Shown: piece by piece, positions 57,941 to 64,000 of the stretch
Position numbering within the stretch: the first letter of the stretch is position 1
Layout of the letters: each line of letters starts with the position of its first letter
Assembly (NCBI RefSeq): GCF_963921235.1
Contig: NC_086109.1
Coordinates: forward strand, 23,562,001-23,626,000
DNA from: Mobula hypostoma
Taxonomy: Eukaryota
DNA length: 64,000 nucleotides
Direction: 5' to 3'
Made by a program: the position numbers and the translations under genes
The notes under the pieces: model-generated
What the model was told of the DNA's origin: nothing
Database searches by the model: none
What the model saw: the letters and a program-made list of their open reading frames with translations, nothing else

Positions 57941-60074
57941 ATGGAAGATAACTTATCTTGGATATAAATCATAGGTAACTTGTACTTTGTTGCTGTCCCG
58001 AAAGGTTGTGGATCAAATACTGAATCTACTGCCTGTTCTGCCAATTGCCAAGGATCCCACAATTCTATGAAGGGGAGCAAAGGTTGTGAATAGTTATTCC
58101 TTCACCACAAACAGATTGATAACTGATTAACTTCTGTTTGAGGGGGTTGTCGTATCAGAGCAGCTGCAATGGTGAGTGACTATGAACTGCAGACCATGAA
58201 GTAATGGGAGACTCTCCTGAAAGATGTGATCAGGAGCTGACTTAATAAAATCAATTCGTTTGTTATAAATTGGAAGTGACGGGGTCTCACATGGACTAAG
58301 AGAGCGTCCCAATGTCTGGGACGAGAAGAGTACTCATTCAGGTTTGACTCTTGGTCAGGACAAGGCTAATTTACTTAGCTCTTGACTGATCTGTGACTTA
58401 ACTCATTCTACCCACATTTATTCCAGAAGCGTTCATACCATGTCCCAATACAAATGAGCTGAATGGTCTTGTTTTACACCTTATCATTATTCCATATAAT
58501 TCTATCATTTAATGATTCTCGGCGGGGGGGAGATATCTCGTTCTCACAGAGTCGTTCTTTAGGGCTGTATGTCTCCCCCATTAGAATCATAGAATGATAA
58601 GGTGTAGAAGAAGACCATTCAGCCCATTTTGTCTCTGCTGGTTCATTCTGTTTGGCTACAGCTCAAAATTTTATCCTTATAAAATACTTACCCAGATTCC
58701 ATTTAAACATTATGATTGGATCTGTTTCTGCTACACTCTGTGGGAAGAAAGGGTCCCTAACACTATTGCAATTGCATTCTAAGTACTTCAGTCTGCATCC
58801 ACTATTATTTATGGAAGGCTTTGGCCATGCTAGACTTTTTAAGGAATTTAACTGATAAAACAGCCTCACCATAATTTGATGGGTGTGGATTGAGAAAAAC
58901 TGTAAAGAAGACAACTCATGCGAATTGGCTGATGTGGAAGATTAGACTATGGTAGGAAAGGCAAGTTTTACTGACCGGTGTATTGTAATAGTGATGATTT
59001 GTCTCTTCTAACTCGGTCCTTGCTTCTCCATCGCAATGCTCAGGAGAACATCGTGTAGACAGCCACACTTTCACAGACCATAGATCACCAATAATGATAA
59101 AAACAGGTGCTAGTTTTAAACCTGTCAAGTCACTTTACTCCTCAAAGGCTCAAGAGCAGTATTTTCAAAATTCTGCTAGAGAATTACCAAGTTAATGGCC
59201 AGAGAGTAGCTAATTCCGTGCCGTGATAATTGTGCAGTGACTGTCTTCCTACAGCAGAATTAGTTCTTCCACGTTTTACCCTGGTAATAAGGATTTTATT
59301 CAGTGGAACGCCTAATGGTACATGAGACTGGCCTGTATAAGCAAACATAAGTTACAATCTAAAAGCAGCTTGTCACAGTGTTTGTTACATTAACTCTGCC
59401 AGACATTTTCATCCCATAAATCTGAAAATATTTGCAGTGAAACAATCTCTCTGTTCCTTTCCTGAAACGATGGACTTATACACATGAGGATCTGATTGGG
59501 GGTTGGGACAGGTTTGGAGTTTCTGAGAAAAGGATGTAGATATTTTAGGATTAGGATTTGGGTAGCTTTTGAGTATTGGCATTAGGATTACAGCTCGTGG
59601 TAAAGATAAAGAATCTATGGTTAAGGGTTTAGTCTAAGAGTCAAAGATTAGCATCCAAGCATTTCTTTCGGAACGACTTCAGCTTTGCACTACAATCTTT
59701 GCACCATTTTGCTGTTTGCACACATCGCTGCATTTAGGACTGTAATAACTACTACCATGTATCCAGTTTCTGCGTAAGCTTCACATGAACAAGGAACTTT
59801 ATTGCACCCCGGTGTATATGGCAATAAAATGATCTCATCTGACCCGTAAGGCTTCATAGAGTTCAAGATTAGGGTTAGTGATTATTGTTGGGGGTTGTAT
59901 TAAGATTAGACTTTAAGGATTAAGGACTGAGTTAGGAGTTATATATATAATTAGAGGTTAGGGTAAGATTTAGAGTTTGTAGCTCAAGGCTAAGATCTTA
60001 GAGAGTATTTAGGAGTTAGTTCTAGGGTAGGGACTAGTACTTGGGAAAATTAGAACTATGTTTGAATTCATATT

Positions 60075-60420
60075 CATAGAACATAGAATATTAAAGCAGA
60101 AATGTTATTCCAACCATTTAATCTATTCTAAGATCAATCCAACCCTTCCCTCCCACATCACCCTCCATTTTTTTTATCATTCATGTGCCTGTATAAAAAT
60201 CTCTTAAATGTTCCTAATGTATCTGCCTCTGCTACCTCCCCTGGCATGGCGTTCCATGCATCCACCACTCTCTGTGAAAAGAACAGCTTATCTCTGACTC
60301 CCCACCTCCCCCATACTTTCCAACAAGTGCCTTAAAATGATGCTCCCCTCTCGTATTAGCCAATTCTGCCATGGGAAAAAAGTCCACTCTATCTATCTCA
60401 ATTCCTTATCATCTTGTACA
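60075..60420 (-). mobile_element. CR1 3' fragment
   Basis: catagaacatagaa tail; ttccatgcatccaccactctctgtgaaaa (FTERVV..WN on the reverse strand). Confidence 0.85.
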
Positions 60421-61943
60421 ATCAGCTTTTGTTTGGGGTGGAATTAAACAGGTCAAAAAGTTTGGGAGTGTTGAACTGATATATATTCTTGCAGTCATGT
60501 TAGATCTCAGATTGGGTTTAGGACTGAGCATAAAAGGTTACATTTAAGGTCAATGTAAGAGTAAATATTTTCTCCATGCCTTTTCCCCGTTTTGTTTTGT
60601 AAATTCTCTTTTGTTTTACTTGCATCTGCCACTTTTATTTGGTTCTTTGGTTTATCCATTATAGTGACAAAGACTCAAGGCAAAACCCGGATTCAGGGTG
60701 ATGGTTAGCAGGAGCAACAGAATCTTCATGATTCCACAACATGGAGGGCCTGAGAATGAAAGGACTTGTATTCCAATGAAGTGAGGGTGCAGGGAGATGA
60801 AAGAATGTGTGGATAATGGATGCTAAATGGATTATAGTTTCATAAAGTATCATTTAGATTGAGGTAATGACAGAAGGATTTGCCACGGCAGGTATGTAAT
60901 TTCCAGGCCTCCCTGGCATTCCCATATAAACAAAAACTAAACTCCACTCCGTGATTTGAAGCTATGTTTATTCTGGGACTCTGCTGAATTCAAGAATGTT
61001 CCTTGTTTCTGTACCTTTCTTCAATGTGGTTTTAAGAACTACAGATGGACAGAATATTACTTTAACAGAAGCTTTATTCAAGACTCCAATAGTATTCAAA
61101 AATTCCAAGGAATTTCAAAATCTGTTTATTGCGATTGCTTAAAACCACAAGCAAATCACAGCTAGCAACAAACATTACAGGCAGTGAGACAGCGAGGGAG
61201 AGGCTAGAAGTTAATTGAAAGTGTTTGAGTGGAGAGTAACAGACATCTGGGAATGGGTTACCGATTGGACTGAAGGGTTCAGATGGTTACAGTATAGAAT
61301 AATAAATACTCAGAAAAGAGTTGCAGTTTAAATCCAATCAACAGGCTGATGGGGGAATTTACACAGAGGAAAACAAACGTCTAGGGGTGTGTTACAGGCA
61401 GGAGCCTAGTTGAGAATTTCAGATGGTTTATATGAGGAAAAATAGATACCGGGGTCTGAGTAGCTGACAAGAATCTAATCAGGAGTTTATCAGCTCCTTA
61501 TGAGCAGGAGTGGCTGCAAGTTGTATCAGGACCCTTGTGTAAAGAAGGCAAATAGTCAATACCTAATGGGCAAGATGCTATGTGTCAGATCAGGCTATGA
61601 AGCTGAAGCTCTCCACACAAATTCTTTCTCTTTATTCTCTGCCGGTTTTTTATATTCTCATTTTTGGTAACTTCTCTTATTGCTCTTGATCTGAAGTTCC
61701 AGTCTATACTTCAGTAAGCAATCAGAAGTAAGGTATCCTCACCTAGAAATTCCTCAATGAGTAGAATTAACATTGTAGGGGTCTTGTACTGTTTTCTTTT
61801 AACTGCTCATGGTTCCCAAATTATAAGACATAGGAGCAGAATTCGGCCTTTCAGTCCATTGAGTCTTCTCTGCCATTTCATCACGGTTAATTTATTATCT
61901 CTCTCTGCCTTCTCCAGCTTTCTTAATCGTTCTTTAATGGAAA

Positions 61944-62186
61944 GGCCGGCTGGTGGTGCAGTGACATCAGTGCAAGACTCAGGAGCGAAGGTTCCTGAGT
62001 TCGAATCCAGTCGGGGCCGCTCCCGGGCACGTTTTCAATCCGTGCCGGGTTGAGTGTCGAGCTCGCAACTTGGCCTCGTAAAAAAAAAAGACTGCACTGT
62101 GAGAAGGACGTGGGGGACCTTTCCTCCAAGACAACCATTTGAAAAGTGGTTGCCGAGGCGCTGGCAGATTATGGCACATAAAAAAA
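61944..62186 (+). mobile_element. Young tRNA-headed SINE with RTE-like body, A-rich tail and 8-bp TSD
   Basis: A box tggtgcagtg, B box gttcgaatcc, CpG-rich, TSD AATGGAAA (61936-61943, 62187-62194). Confidence 0.85.
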
Positions 62187-62254
62187 AATGGAAAATTTCA
62201 CAAACTGCTCTCTTGAACTTTTCTCCACAATTTCCTAAGTTACTGAAGATCAGC

Positions 62255-62720
62255 AAATTGAGGTGGTGTGATGAGAAAGAGGAATATGGAGGGATGTAGT
62301 CTGAGAAGAAAATCAGAGGGCTGAGGAGGAACTAAAAATGGGAACTGATCAGGGAGATGGTCTGATGAGAGTGGATGAGGGAGATTGGTGGTGGATTGTT
62401 GGGGAGAAGAACAGATTGAACTAGGGAGAAATAGAATGGGGCTACTGGGAAGAATGCCATGAAGTGGAATGCTCAGGAACTGAGGAAAAAATCAGAGGTA
62501 GAGTGAGGGTATTGGAGAAGCAAAAACATAAGAGTATGATCAGATACTGGAGAGAAGATTATCCTGATGAGCCAGGATGATGATCGATGGGATAGAAGGA
62601 GTACAGCATGAGATTCAAGAGGCTATGGAGACCATTTTCAGGGAGTAGATACTGATTATGGAGTTGGATGATCATTGACAATATTGAGAGAATACAGGAG
62701 CTTATCTTAAGGAAGAGCAA
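62255..62720. repeat. Purine-rich degenerate tandem / low-complexity tract
   Basis: Recurrent ctga(t/g)ga..agaa / ggagaa units. Confidence 0.5.
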
Positions 62721-64000
62721 CCAATCCTAGAGTAATTTTCATCATCCTTCTCCATAGTTGTGCTCCAGAGAAGATTCCACGTTATTCAGAGGTGGTCCTT
62801 AATCCTCCAATTAACATCTGATTCTATATTTGAGACCATATTTCTAAAGTGGCATAATGACCACATCGCCACCCAGCCTGTCACCTTTATGAGTTAAATT
62901 CCCAAAAGCATCCTCAAAGATGTCACTGCAGCTTCAGAACAGGACAGGGACTGTGTTGTCAATGGTGGTCATGGTAACTACGTGTCTGACTCCTTCCAGG
63001 TTGCAGTTGGAAACACTTCCAGCACCTTAATCTGGGTAGTGGCCTGATGGAGCCTCTGATGTTTTCTATTCAAAACAAGGCTACTGTAATTCATTTTCTC
63101 GTGCAGAGAAAGGCGGTGTGGCTTTGGATATTTTTGTAAGATAGAGCAGGGTGCCATTTATTGCTTTGTAACATGACAACTCTGCTCAGTATCAGGATGG
63201 ATTTCCTTTTTACCTCAACCTCCAGTGCTGTGTGACCATAGGCCTCTACCTGTCCATTACTAAGGCAGCAGTTATAATGCCTTCTATCTATAGTAGTCCC
63301 ACCAGTCCACTCTACCAGTTGTACTTAAGCCAGCAGAACAAACCAAAAGCTACTGCGTGACAGCTTTAGTGGAGACACTAGTGTATACCTTGGGTTGGTA
63401 TAGACAGCATGAGTGTAATGGAAGCCATGAGCCTACTTCGAACGGGAAAGGAGGCCACTGACTTGGTGAAAGGGGGTTTCCTCTATATATAGTGATCTAG
63501 AAGAGACCTAGTGTCCTTGGATGTGTTAATATTTATGGACATTCATTATGCGCTGCACAACTTCACCGCTATAAAGGGTCAGCCCTTGCCACAAGTTATG
63601 AGATGAGCAGGATGTAGGAGCAAATGGAAAAGGGCACCGAAAGTTGGCGTCTGTAATAACAGGTGATTTATGAAGACTGGTGGGCGCCAGGAGACCAGTC
63701 ATAGCTGATCTACCTGAGCGCAAAGCTGGAACAGCTTTTACATCCTCAGTTGACAAGAATACACGGTAACTTGATTAACAGTAAACTGTTAGCAGTATTG
63801 GTTACAGAAAGATTTAATTAAGTAACAAAATAGGTCTTGTTAAAGAAAACAATGATTATCTATGAGTCTAATTTAGTTAACATCAAATCCAATTTTCTAT
63901 TACAGGAATCCGTGAATGCTCTAACATAGTTAATGAAGTTCCTTAAACTTGGGTGTTGTCATTGCTGCATTCCATATTCTTTACTTTCAAGCTTTGGCTG

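Noticed and set aside
63526..63756. 76-aa minus-strand ORF as a coding exon
   Set aside because: It has a non-ATG start, no recognisable domain and no convincing splice sites. The region may be non-coding conserved sequence but I cannot support a call.
1..64000. Host protein-coding gene, or a prokaryote-style system (operon, CRISPR array, defence island)
   Set aside because: The sequence is vertebrate repeat-rich DNA. There are no regularly spaced repeat-spacer arrays, and all recognisable ORFs are TE-derived.

Overview
This is vertebrate non-coding DNA (intergenic or deep-intronic). The repeat repertoire points to a cartilaginous fish, probably a ray; that is an inference from family resemblance, not a database result. 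No host protein-coding exon can be supported. Nearly every ORF in the track is a transposon remnant or antisense noise. The window is a layered mosaic of CR1, Rex1/Babar, L2, RTE, HERO-like (RLE) and Penelope retroelements, tRNA-derived SINEs, Tc1- and hAT-type non-autonomous DNA elements, decayed minisatellites, one tRNA-Asp pseudogene and several repeat-free, TAAT-rich islands that look like conserved enhancers. Four observations stand out. (1) Two divergent HERO-type LINE 3' UTRs (35153-35262 and 28047-28158) share a six-helix pseudoknotted fold with compensatory changes in four helices. It holds the hammerhead-ribozyme core nucleotides in exact register but in a non-canonical strand order. 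(2) A single heavily decayed Gypsy gag-pol can be reassembled from nine minus-strand pieces over about 10 kb (26195-36110). (3) Many Penelope-type minimal hammerhead relics occur, some in inverted-repeat elements. (4) Two pairs of young repeats lie in inverted orientation around candidate regulatory or exonic islands. All alignments were made by eye and boundaries of decayed elements are approximate.
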